A stretch of DNA of 64,000 nucleotides from Bdellovibrionales bacterium (GTDB lineage: Bacteria; Bdellovibrionota; Bdellovibrionia; Bdellovibrionales; UBA1609), in assembly GCA_965261545.1 (NCBI GenBank), contig CBDHDF010000011.1, positions 416,001 to 480,000 of the forward strand, written 5' to 3'. Shown here piece after piece: positions 20,409 to 28,946 of the stretch. A program made the position numbers and the translations under genes. Under the pieces are notes generated by a model. That model searched no databases. It was not told the origin of the DNA and saw only the letters and a program-made list of their open reading frames with translations. Position 1 is the first letter of the stretch. The number at the start of each line of letters is the position of its first letter.

Positions 20409-20867
20409 TTAGTACCCCACCGCAGCTTGGAACCAGCTAATAATATGGGGAGCAAGAAAGCCCACAATACTGCATACAATCACCATGATGATTCTGCCCT
20501 TGGCGGCACCATCTCCTGTAAGGGCGAGAATCACCGCATACACAAGGCCCAAAACACTTATAAGGGGAAGTATCACGGTCATAAGCTGATTTGTGAGCCC
20601 CTTCATGCGGCTTTCAAAGCCACTTCCAAGAAGCTGAGACCACGCTGTTTCTGAGTAGTAAAGGGCCAACATCACCAAGAAAAAAATGGCGACCCACTTC
20701 AAAGAAGCCCTTAAGGTTGTGAATTGATTCATTTTGTCCACTTCGTTCGCCACGTTTGCCTTGTTCGTCTCGTTCACCTTGCTTACTTCGTTCGCCTCGT
20801 TTACTTTGCTCATCTCGCCCGCTTTGTTCATATTGCTCATCTCGTTTACCTTACTCATCTTGCTCAC
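20409..20867 (-). CDS. TrbC/VirB2-like pilin with N-terminal repeat extension
   Basis: Signal sequence plus two hydrophobic helices ending GFLAP.II.W; first gene of the virB2-3-4 order. Confidence 0.7.
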   Translation of the reverse strand: MSKMSKVNEMSNMNKAGEMSKVNEANEVSKVNETNKANVANEVDKMNQFTTLRASLKWVAIFFLVMLALYYSETAWSQLLGSGFESRMKGLTNQLMTVILPLISVLGLVYAVILALTGDGAAKGRIIMVIVCSIVGFLAPHIISWFQAAVGY

Positions 20868-21264
20868 CTTCTGGGCTTCCCATAATAAGAGACCTACTAT
20901 AAGGACCGATATTCATAATCACATCCCCCTGGGTAAGAGCATTTGAGTGGCCTTCACCCACTGACTTGCGTGTCTTAAATTTTCCATTCTTTTTGATGAC
21001 CACCTCCACTCGATAGCGAGTTCGATCTCCCGTGGATAAAATGGGCTTGAGGTAGTATTGATTCTCTGGGTGTATATCAATTTTCAGTCGATATTCCCCA
21101 AAGTTATGCTCATGAAAAGCAACTCCTGCTGGGAAATGACGCTTTTCTTCTTTATCAAACCACCACAATTGAAATACTTTGGATTTCTTATCTCCTTGAT
21201 ATTCTTTAATTTTCTTATTTTTTTGATCTTCATGAGATGATTGAAAGTTCTTTGTTTTTTTCAT
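20851..21264 (-). CDS. Hypothetical ICE protein (possible small DNA-binding protein)
   Basis: GGAGG RBS; two similar beta-rich halves (AGVAF..GEYRLKID / VGEGH..GDVIMNIG). Confidence 0.55.
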   Translation of the reverse strand: MKKTKNFQSSHEDQKNKKIKEYQGDKKSKVFQLWWFDKEEKRHFPAGVAFHEHNFGEYRLKIDIHPENQYYLKPILSTGDRTRYRVEVVIKKNGKFKTRKSVGEGHSNALTQGDVIMNIGPYSRSLIMGSPEGEQDE

Positions 21265-21366
21265 GATTTATCCTCCAGAATTTGTTTTCAGAATCATCGA
21301 TTCTGATTCGGGTTCTTAGTTCTTATAAATCGTTGATATTTTTCCCATTCAACATAAATACATTCC

Positions 21367-21642
21367 CTAATTGTTCAGTTCATCCAGCATAGATTCCTTC
21401 ATTAGCTCTAAAGACTCATTAATAAGGTGATCTGTTTGAGACCAATCCAGATGAAGCACCATAGATATTTCTAAAATAGAAAAGTGATACCAAAATCGAA
21501 GTATAATAGAAATTTTATGTTTCTCTGGTAACCTTGCCACATGTTTCCTTACCCACTTTCTTCCATATTCAATAAGTTTCTTTTCATAAATGAATTGCTT
21601 CAAAAATAAATCCTCGCTTTTATAGGTTTGTAAGTCTTCCAT
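21367..21642 (-). CDS. Sigma-70 region-4-like HTH protein
   Basis: VARLPEKHK..IILRFW..FSILEIS..L pattern. Confidence 0.65.
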   Translation of the reverse strand: MEDLQTYKSEDLFLKQFIYEKKLIEYGRKWVRKHVARLPEKHKISIILRFWYHFSILEISMVLHLDWSQTDHLINESLELMKESMLDELNN

Positions 21643-21645
21643 CCA

Positions 21646-22056
21646 CTAAGAAATGCGACGTAAATCTCCTTTCACGGGGTGTTGATGTTCATAACCACGA
21701 CCACCGCCATCACTATGACTATAGACATGCTGTTTATCCTCATGAATTTGGAGTTTTTGAGCCATATTAGCCTCTTTAGTCTTCTGAGCCTTCTTAAGTC
21801 CTTGAGACTGAGATTTGAGATGCTGACTTTTTGGAGGCTGAGACTTCGCATTCTCGTCATTGAGTACATCGTCAACTTCCTTGAGCATTTTTTCTAAATC
21901 AGCACACATGGGGTAGTAGTAGGATTGGCTTCTCAAAGCTTCCTCCTGGCTATCCCTAGGCTGCCAATTGCATGAATAGCAAATCGTGTAGGATTCTCTT
22001 TCTTCCAAACCTAAGCATTTGCACCTGGGGCATTGATTCAACGTATTCGTCTTCAT
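21646..22056 (-). CDS. Hypothetical zinc-ribbon protein
   Basis: CPRC...CYSC near the N-terminus; first long ORF of the leftward operon. Confidence 0.55.
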   Translation of the reverse strand: MKTNTLNQCPRCKCLGLEERESYTICYSCNWQPRDSQEEALRSQSYYYPMCADLEKMLKEVDDVLNDENAKSQPPKSQHLKSQSQGLKKAQKTKEANMAQKLQIHEDKQHVYSHSDGGGRGYEHQHPVKGDLRRIS

Positions 22057-22366
22057 ATTCGTATCCTTTCTTGATATTGATCTTGTAAATGCTCATATCC
22101 AGAGGATCGGAGCATACGTTTTGTTTATTGTCCTTAATCATTTCTGTTATGTAGTTTCTGACTCACCATCCTCTATCAGTTCAAAGGAAATCACAAAATG
22201 GCCAAATTTATACTTTCCCGTTCCTAAAGAGACAAAAATTGTCAGTCGTTACATTTAATTATTTTCTTTAATTTAAATTCTTTTCTTCAATTTCTTGGGT
22301 CGATAGAAATCAAATTCCAAACCTCCAAAATAATTAATTTAAAATTTCACCCCTCACGTTTATAGT

Positions 22367-22382
22367 TGCGAAATCTATGCCA
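22367..22382 (-). promoter_or_regulatory. Sigma54 (-24/-12) promoter facing the transfer operon
   Basis: Minus strand TGGCATAGATTTCGCA, with GG and GC at consensus spacing; IHF-like TTTCAATGACTTA at 22400-22412. Confidence 0.65.
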
Positions 22383-22553
22383 ACTTTATTTGTGAGATAT
22401 TTCAATGACTTAGAGAGAAATAGAGTCGAATGACGAAAAGGAAAAAACTTTTTTAAGTACGAAATAAAGTACATAAAAAAAGAATTTATATTTATTTAAT
22501 ATCTTATAAATATATAGTAATGATTGATCAGATTATTTTTTAAGAAATTTATC

Positions 22554-22582
22554 TTGAAATAAATCATCTTTTATTGTATAAT
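22554..22582 (+). promoter_or_regulatory. Sigma70-type promoter for the signalling cassette
   Basis: TTGAAA-17 bp-TATAAT upstream of the activator gene; region is AT-rich so a chance match is possible. Confidence 0.5.
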
Positions 22583-22664
22583 AATTTGTACATCATTTGA
22601 AAAATACTCCACAAAGAATTGAGATCAAGTTACGAAAGACATGAAAGAATAACTGGAGAGACAA

Positions 22665-24038
22665 TTGAGTGAAATATTGAAAGATCCATTAAAAAGCAAA
22701 GTCGTCAGTGTGCATGTTATAGAGGACAGCAAATTAGACTCTGAACTCATTCAAGATCTCATCAAAGTAGAACTAAGAAAGTGTGGATTGACCCCCAAGG
22801 TTTCAGCCACATTCAAAGAAAAAAGCTCTTATAGTGCTTTAAATCAAAATAACTATGATATTGTGGTTTTTGATATTGATCTAGATCGAAGAATGGCAGG
22901 GATTGACCTTCTTGGTATGTTTACTAAAAAGGTACAGTTTCCGATCATCTCCTCTTGCCGTGAGTCAGATGATATCGTAAAAAAAGCTTACAGTCTAGGT
23001 TGTGAGCACTTTTTAAACAAGCCTATCAAGCAGTCAAAGATTGCCCATCTGGTCGATCAATATACAAAGCAAATAAACTCCAAGAGCATCTTGCGAGTTA
23101 TAAAATCAAGATACATGACCCAAGATGAAGAGACCCTCAGTGAGCTTAATAAAGTCACTTCATCGAAAAATGCTCATTTATTTGGACCCACAGGGGTAGG
23201 CAAACAAATCGTCGCTGAACTTATTCATCATATACATTATGGCAACTCAAACCCCTTTGTTGAAAAGAACTGTTCATCTATCACAGAGTCTCTTGCGGAG
23301 TCCTTCCTTTTCGGCCATGAAAAGGGAGCCTTCACAGGTGCCAACAACCAAAGAAAGGGTATCTTTGAGCTTGCCAAGGGAGGCACCGTCTTCTTAGATG
23401 AAATCGATAAGACATCAAAGTCTTTTCAAGCCAAGTTATTAAAAGTTATAGAGAAAAAGGAAATTCAAAGGGTTGGATCTGAAAAATCAACACCTGTTGA
23501 CTTCTCGCTGGTCACAGCAAGTAGTACAGACCTTAATTTCCTTGTGGAAAACGATAAATTCTTACCTGATCTTTGGGAAAGGCTTCAGGTGGAGGTCATT
23601 CACTTGAAACCTCTGAAAGAACGTCCCTTGGATATAGAGCTACAAATGCAGAATTTCATTAGGCTTCATGAGTCAGGAAGACTGTTTGTCATCTCTGAAG
23701 AAGCCCATAAGTTTTTGATGAGTTACCACTGGCCAGGAAATACAAGGGAATTAAAAAACGTTGTGGACAGCTTACAAAGGAAGAATATCAAGATTCTTGA
23801 ACTCAAAGACCTTAAATTCTTACAAAAAAAATCCATCAGACAGCAATATGGCCTCGTCAATCAACAAATACTTCAGGCCATGGAACAAAATGGACTCAAA
23901 AATGTCGTCAATCAAATATGCCGGGAAGCAGTTCATCATTTTTTCACTCAAAATGATGGGAAAAGAAGAATCACAATGAGGCAGCTTGAAATTAGCTCAG
24001 ATACTTTATACAGACACTTAAAAGAAAATATGGGGTAA
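22665..24038 (+). CDS. Sigma54-dependent response regulator (NtrC-type: REC-AAA+-HTH)
   Basis: REC (VIED, VVFDIDL, FLNKP); GPTGVGKQ; FGHEKGAFTGA; FLDEI; WPGNTREL; C-terminal HTH (TLYRHLK). Confidence 0.93.
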   Translation: MSEILKDPLKSKVVSVHVIEDSKLDSELIQDLIKVELRKCGLTPKVSATFKEKSSYSALNQNNYDIVVFDIDLDRRMAGIDLLGMFTKKVQFPIISSCRESDDIVKKAYSLGCEHFLNKPIKQSKIAHLVDQYTKQINSKSILRVIKSRYMTQDEETLSELNKVTSSKNAHLFGPTGVGKQIVAELIHHIHYGNSNPFVEKNCSSITESLAESFLFGHEKGAFTGANNQRKGIFELAKGGTVFLDEIDKTSKSFQAKLLKVIEKKEIQRVGSEKSTPVDFSLVTASSTDLNFLVENDKFLPDLWERLQVEVIHLKPLKERPLDIELQMQNFIRLHESGRLFVISEEAHKFLMSYHWPGNTRELKNVVDSLQRKNIKILELKDLKFLQKKSIRQQYGLVNQQILQAMEQNGLKNVVNQICREAVHHFFTQNDGKRRITMRQLEISSDTLYRHLKENMG

Positions 24039-24041
24039 AAA

Positions 24042-24260
24042 ATGAATTTAACAAAAGAAGAAATAAAGCACGATTTGAAAAGAAATATAAGTTCTATTTT
24101 ATCTGGAACAACAATGATAATGAATAAGATTCCTAAGATAGATATTTATATTCGAGAAACAATAGAAGAAATAGAAAAGCAATGTGAACAAACATTTAAA
24201 CTGTTAGACATTTTCACGGAAAGTAAAGATGAAAATAAGAAAAAGCCAAAGGAGGTATAA
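24042..24260 (+). CDS. Stand-alone HisKA/DHp-like small protein
   Basis: IKHDLKRNISSI resembles an H-box, followed by a helical hairpin; no ATPase domain. Confidence 0.55.
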   Translation: MNLTKEEIKHDLKRNISSILSGTTMIMNKIPKIDIYIRETIEEIEKQCEQTFKLLDIFTESKDENKKKPKEV

Positions 24261-24261
24261 A

Positions 24262-24582
24262 ATGAGAAAAATATGGACCATACTTGTTGCTATGCTCGGA
24301 ATGTCGAGTAATGCATCTTCCGCATACTCTGGTTGCTATGATGAAGCCATGGAAGTTTCAACAGAAAGCAACCTTGAAGTGAGTCTAGAACAAAGTGCAG
24401 AAGAAGATTTTGATGAACTTGATAGAATCATGGATTTATACCCACATGCTAGTATTGATGAAAAAGTTGGAATGAGCTTTAAAGCACATAGAATAGCGGA
24501 TCGTCTTGAGCGTCAAGGTTTTGATGTTGCTGATTCTATGTCTCAATCATCAAGAACATGTGACTATTGTGTGAAACCATAA
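24262..24582 (+). CDS. Small secreted protein, candidate YcaO substrate / signal precursor (106 aa)
   Basis: GGAGG RBS before ATG 24262; signal peptide MRKIWTILVAMLGMSSNASSA; acidic body; tail SMSQSSRTCDYCVKP. Confidence 0.6.
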   Translation: MRKIWTILVAMLGMSSNASSAYSGCYDEAMEVSTESNLEVSLEQSAEEDFDELDRIMDLYPHASIDEKVGMSFKAHRIADRLERQGFDVADSMSQSSRTCDYCVKP

Positions 24583-24627
24583 CATTCAATCATTATTGAT
24601 GGCATAAGAAAGGATATAAATTCAAGA

Positions 24628-26184
24628 ATGAAAAATAAATTTATTTATATTATTTTATTTATATTCATTATTGTTATAACTTATAGTTTCATTCGTGAGC
24701 AAAGGAATAAGTCAATGTTGATTCAGACAAATTTAATAAGTTTTGAACCAGAAGACACAATGGACCCCACAAGACTCAGGTTTGTCCAAGAATATTTTGT
24801 GCTTGATAACGTCACGGCAAAGCTCACTCAAGTGGGAGACGATGGTGAATATAAAAATGATCTTGCTGAGCATATTAGTTTCTCTGATGATAAACTCACC
24901 ATAGATGTTCAATTAAAGAATGATGCTAGATTTAGTGATGGAAGCCCTATTTTAGCTCAAGATGTGGCTCAATCATTCAAAAGATCCATATTATGGGGAG
25001 TGCCCCATATTGATCTAAAAAATCTTTGGATAGGAGCCGATCAGCTTAAATCTATAAATGAAGATATACCAGGCATTGAGGTTTTATCCAACAAAGAGTT
25101 GCGACTCAAGCTTATCAAACCCACTAAAGAAGTTCTTTTTTTTCTCACAATAACCGACCTTGCCATACTCCATAAGAGTCAATATACAAAGACTCATTTA
25201 AAAGTTTCTGACTGGGAAAGAGTAACTTCTGGTGCTTATAGAATAGGCTACACCAATGAAGGTAGAGTCATGCTCATTTCTAATAAGAGTTCTCATAATT
25301 TTAAAGAGGCCATGCCTCAGAAAGTCGTTTTCAATGGGTATAAGAACGCCAATGTGATTCGACAAATTGAAGAAAAGAGCTTGGACTTTGGAATGTTGAC
25401 TCTCAGTGAATATTTTCCTAATGTAGAAAAAATTGAATCCTCCAAGGATTTTGATATTGTGAGCAATAAGACAGATGGTGTCGTTCATATTGTTCTCAAT
25501 GCCGCATCAGGGCCATTTGAAAATATTGAGAATCGTCAATGGATCCAGAAAAAAATGATGGAAACCTACAAAATTGATGAAAAAGACTCTTCTGTTTTAA
25601 CCAAAGCTCTTCAGTTTTTTCTCCCAAACTCCAAGGGTCATAAAGATGGTGCTGACGTTCTAAGCATTCTCAAAGACATTAATACTTCAAATATTCCTGA
25701 AGAATTAAAAAAAGGAATCACCATAAAAACTCTAGAAGGAATGAAGTATTTTTTACCGGATAATATGGAAATAAAATTATCTCAAACCTTAGGCATTCCA
25801 GTAAATTTGGAAATCAATATTCCAAAAAAAGAGTATTTTCAATCCATTGACAAAGAAAGAACTTTTGATGCCACTATTATGGCTATCTCCATGGACTATA
25901 AAGTTCTCAATGAGGCTCTCAATCTTCAATATTTATCTGAAAATAGTCCCCTTATCGATCCCACAGGGAAAATAAAAGAACTTCTTAAGTCCTATCAAGG
26001 TGAAGATGATCTTGAGAAAGAAAGTGAAATCATTAATAAGATATTGAATCAAATGATTTACGATTCAGAATCAATTCCCATTTTTTATTTTGCATCCCCA
26101 TTTCTTATAAAAAAAGATACCATTCAAAGCTCAAGTGTGAATTTTCATGAACCCATTAAATTTCACAAAATGGTGATGAAATGA
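24628..26184 (+). CDS. Family-5 (OppA/DppA-like) solute-binding protein, membrane-anchored
   Basis: DLAE...S.D..T....LK..ARFSDGSPILA.DV..SF, SGAYRI, C-terminal IPIFY; no permease or ABC ATPase nearby. Confidence 0.85.
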   Translation: MKNKFIYIILFIFIIVITYSFIREQRNKSMLIQTNLISFEPEDTMDPTRLRFVQEYFVLDNVTAKLTQVGDDGEYKNDLAEHISFSDDKLTIDVQLKNDARFSDGSPILAQDVAQSFKRSILWGVPHIDLKNLWIGADQLKSINEDIPGIEVLSNKELRLKLIKPTKEVLFFLTITDLAILHKSQYTKTHLKVSDWERVTSGAYRIGYTNEGRVMLISNKSSHNFKEAMPQKVVFNGYKNANVIRQIEEKSLDFGMLTLSEYFPNVEKIESSKDFDIVSNKTDGVVHIVLNAASGPFENIENRQWIQKKMMETYKIDEKDSSVLTKALQFFLPNSKGHKDGADVLSILKDINTSNIPEELKKGITIKTLEGMKYFLPDNMEIKLSQTLGIPVNLEINIPKKEYFQSIDKERTFDATIMAISMDYKVLNEALNLQYLSENSPLIDPTGKIKELLKSYQGEDDLEKESEIINKILNQMIYDSESIPIFYFASPFLIKKDTIQSSSVNFHEPIKFHKMVMK

Positions 26185-27191
26185 AGCACGCTCAATCCTT
26201 AAATATTTTAAAGAATGTAATAAATTATTTTCAATCACTACCAGATCATCAATTAAAAGTGAAGGATATTAGTTCCGAGCATTTTACTCTTCCTTGCATG
26301 TTCTCTGTATCTGTTAACCACCGAGGAAATCAAATGCAAGGGTTCGGTCAATCTGAATCTAAAGATAAGGCTATTTTTATTGCTTTTATGGAAATTATTG
26401 AAAGAATCCTAATACCAAAGCCTAAAGACTTGACCTACTCACAGAAATATCTTTTTTTCTCTATCAGAAAAAATTATGAGGATCTTTTAAAGTCATTTCC
26501 TAGATCGAGAAATTGGGTTGAAGGCTCTTCCAATGGTTTTGCCATTCATTCGAGTAGAAAAATGGCTCAAAAATCAGCTCTTGACGAACTTATTGAGCGG
26601 CATGTTGTACTTAAAGCTCTTGTTTCTCAGTTTTCTCCGGCCAAGGTGTTAGCACCTAAAATACTTACCCATGGGAGCTATGTGATTCCCTCCGAGATGA
26701 CCTATGAGTTTTATGCTTGGTTAGGACCTTTGGGCAGACATGTGGTTCTTTTTAAATGCCAGATGAATTCAAAGGTGATCTATGGGTTTGGATGTGAGAA
26801 GAGTCTAGAAAGAGCCAAGGAGAAGGCTTTTTTTGAAGCTAGCTCTAGGATTATCGCACTCCACCGATCTCAGAATCCTTCCTTTGTAGTTCTCAATACG
26901 AGTAAAAATTTCCTTTATCATTGGTATGAGGAGACTGCCTGGACAGGAGGGTTTCTTAAAAAAGCCTCCCATGACATGCCCTCTATAGATCACCACCTTT
27001 CATACAGTGATTTTTGGTTTGGTGAACCTCCAAAAAATGAATTTCTCCACCAACTGGGCCTCCATGTGGTCAAGGCTGTTTCCCCAAAGATTCAGCCTCT
27101 CTTTGCAGGACACTGGAAGGCCAAATATATGAACCCCGAAGCTCTAGGGAATGACTACAGCTTTCCAGAAGACATGCATATGATTGGGTAA
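26181..27191 (+). CDS. YcaO-family protein (stand-alone, short)
   Basis: GFGQS..K..AIFIAFMEIIER, SSNGFAIH....AQKSALDELIERH, GFGCE...RAKEKAFFEA, VVKAVSP; ATGA overlap with the SBP gene. Confidence 0.85.
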   Translation: MKHAQSLNILKNVINYFQSLPDHQLKVKDISSEHFTLPCMFSVSVNHRGNQMQGFGQSESKDKAIFIAFMEIIERILIPKPKDLTYSQKYLFFSIRKNYEDLLKSFPRSRNWVEGSSNGFAIHSSRKMAQKSALDELIERHVVLKALVSQFSPAKVLAPKILTHGSYVIPSEMTYEFYAWLGPLGRHVVLFKCQMNSKVIYGFGCEKSLERAKEKAFFEASSRIIALHRSQNPSFVVLNTSKNFLYHWYEETAWTGGFLKKASHDMPSIDHHLSYSDFWFGEPPKNEFLHQLGLHVVKAVSPKIQPLFAGHWKAKYMNPEALGNDYSFPEDMHMIG

Positions 27192-27197
27192 ATTGAT

Positions 27198-28946
27198 ATG
27201 AAAAATCGATCCATACGAATCTCTATTTTATTGGCAGCCACCATGAGTCTTTTGGCTCTTGCCACTGTGATGCTGATATTCTTATCAAAGCACGAGGTGG
27301 AAAGAATTCAAGCCAATACTCAATCCCTGGTGCGTGAGCAAATAGAACTCACAGTTAAGAAATTAGATATCTATAGAGTGGTCAATCAAATATCATATAT
27401 TCTCAATATCACTTTCAATCTGGATCGTGTGAATGGAGTCAATATCTTTGATTCCAAATGCAACTTAGTGGATAAGCAACCTGTTAATTTTAAAATCCCA
27501 TGGGACTGTAAGAGCCCTCACCCTGATTCTATGGTTCTTTATAAATCTCAAACCTCGATTTCTGACTCTTCAGGAGCCCCCAAATATATATTGGCTCGCC
27601 TCAAAGATGAGCCCCATATTCTCTTGAATCACCATAGCTTGAAGGTTCTCGTCATATCATTAGTTTTGATTCTTATCACTTTACTTTGCTTGAACTTTTT
27701 AATGAAAAAACATATTCTAAGGCCCATTGACGATTTGGTAAGAATCATTAGAAAACCTGGCGCCCTTGAGAGGAATAGTCAGAAACAAAAAAAGCTCCCC
27801 TTGGAACTAAGAGAAATTTATAATGATGTTTTGTCTCGTGACGAAATCATCCAGCAGAATAAAATTGAACTACTCAAAAGAAATGAAATGGAAACACGAA
27901 GCCATTTAAGTGAGCAAGTCGCCCATGATATCAGGTCACCCATTATGATTCTTAGAGACTACCACTTAAATCACTTAAATTTACATAGAAACGAGGATAC
28001 AAAAGAAAGCGTATACCTCAATGCCATTAACGATCTGGACCTCCTCACCAAGCAATTGATTGAAGACTCTAGTGAGTATGCAAAAAATGTCAATCTCGTG
28101 GGCTTAATGGATGCCCTCGTCGACATGAAAGAAGTTGAATTTCAACAAGGGCCTAAATCTAAGATATTGTTGAATCCTCAGTCTAAGAATTTGAAGATTA
28201 AAACCAATCCCACAAAATTAAAATTTGTTCTTTCCAATATTATCAACAATGCAAGGGAGGCTTCTAAGCATGATGATCCTTGTGAGATTCAAATCAAGTT
28301 GACAAGAGGGGGGCCAGACGCCTTCATTGAAATTGAAGATAACGGGAAAGGTATCAAAAAATCAGACCTCAAGAGAGTTTTTTCCCGAGGGGTGAGCATA
28401 GACAAGCCTGGAGGCAACGGCTGGGGACTTAGTGATGCTAAAAAATTTATTGAAAGCCAAGATGGGACCATCGAGATAGATTCAGAACTCGACAAGGGAA
28501 CCACTGTTAGAATAAAGCTCCCCATATTTCTCTCAAATTTTCAATCTCGTGGGCAGGCTCCCTTTGACCATGTTTTGGTGGAAGACTACAAGCTCAGCCA
28601 ACTTCTATGGCTTGGAAAGGCCGATAGCAAGAAGCTCAACTTTGCAGCCTTCTCCTCACCCTCAGAATTTTTAGAGAATATGGAACTGGTGAGTCCCAAT
28701 GCCACCTTGTATATCGACTCTCACTTTCCCGATTTTCCCATGCGTGGCGAAGAATGGGCCAAGGAGCTTTACAATAAGCACGGATTCAAAGAAATATATA
28801 TGTGCTCTACATCCTCCATCGACATCACCGACATGCCATGGGTCAGAGGGTGCGTTGCCAAGCATAAGCCTTTTGAGATTGTCACTACAACCTCTGTTTC
28901 TTTAACATCTCATGTAAAGAAAACGTTCCCGTGGAGTACCCTATGA
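27198..28946 (+). CDS. Membrane sensor histidine kinase with C-terminal receiver-like domain
   Basis: Two TMs; QVAHDIRSP H-box; NIINNA.EA; IEDNGKGI; GNGWGL; SELDKGTTV; REC-like tail (VLVED, LYIDS). Confidence 0.92.
   Translation: MKNRSIRISILLAATMSLLALATVMLIFLSKHEVERIQANTQSLVREQIELTVKKLDIYRVVNQISYILNITFNLDRVNGVNIFDSKCNLVDKQPVNFKIPWDCKSPHPDSMVLYKSQTSISDSSGAPKYILARLKDEPHILLNHHSLKVLVISLVLILITLLCLNFLMKKHILRPIDDLVRIIRKPGALERNSQKQKKLPLELREIYNDVLSRDEIIQQNKIELLKRNEMETRSHLSEQVAHDIRSPIMILRDYHLNHLNLHRNEDTKESVYLNAINDLDLLTKQLIEDSSEYAKNVNLVGLMDALVDMKEVEFQQGPKSKILLNPQSKNLKIKTNPTKLKFVLSNIINNAREASKHDDPCEIQIKLTRGGPDAFIEIEDNGKGIKKSDLKRVFSRGVSIDKPGGNGWGLSDAKKFIESQDGTIEIDSELDKGTTVRIKLPIFLSNFQSRGQAPFDHVLVEDYKLSQLLWLGKADSKKLNFAAFSSPSEFLENMELVSPNATLYIDSHFPDFPMRGEEWAKELYNKHGFKEIYMCSTSSIDITDMPWVRGCVAKHKPFEIVTTTSVSLTSHVKKTFPWSTL

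Noticed and set aside
24229..24261. Listed upstream start of the 117-aa ORF
   Set aside because: GGAGG spacing and the signal peptide favour the ATG at 24262.
24628..26184. Ordinary oligopeptide ABC importer
   Set aside because: No OppB/C/D/F genes adjacent; the gene is coupled to YcaO and a kinase in both copies. Use of a host permease cannot be excluded.
26181..27191. Classical antibiotic RiPP cluster (LAP, thiopeptide, bottromycin)
   Set aside because: No E1/ThiF, dehydrogenase, TfuA, LanB, radical SAM, protease or exporter genes nearby.
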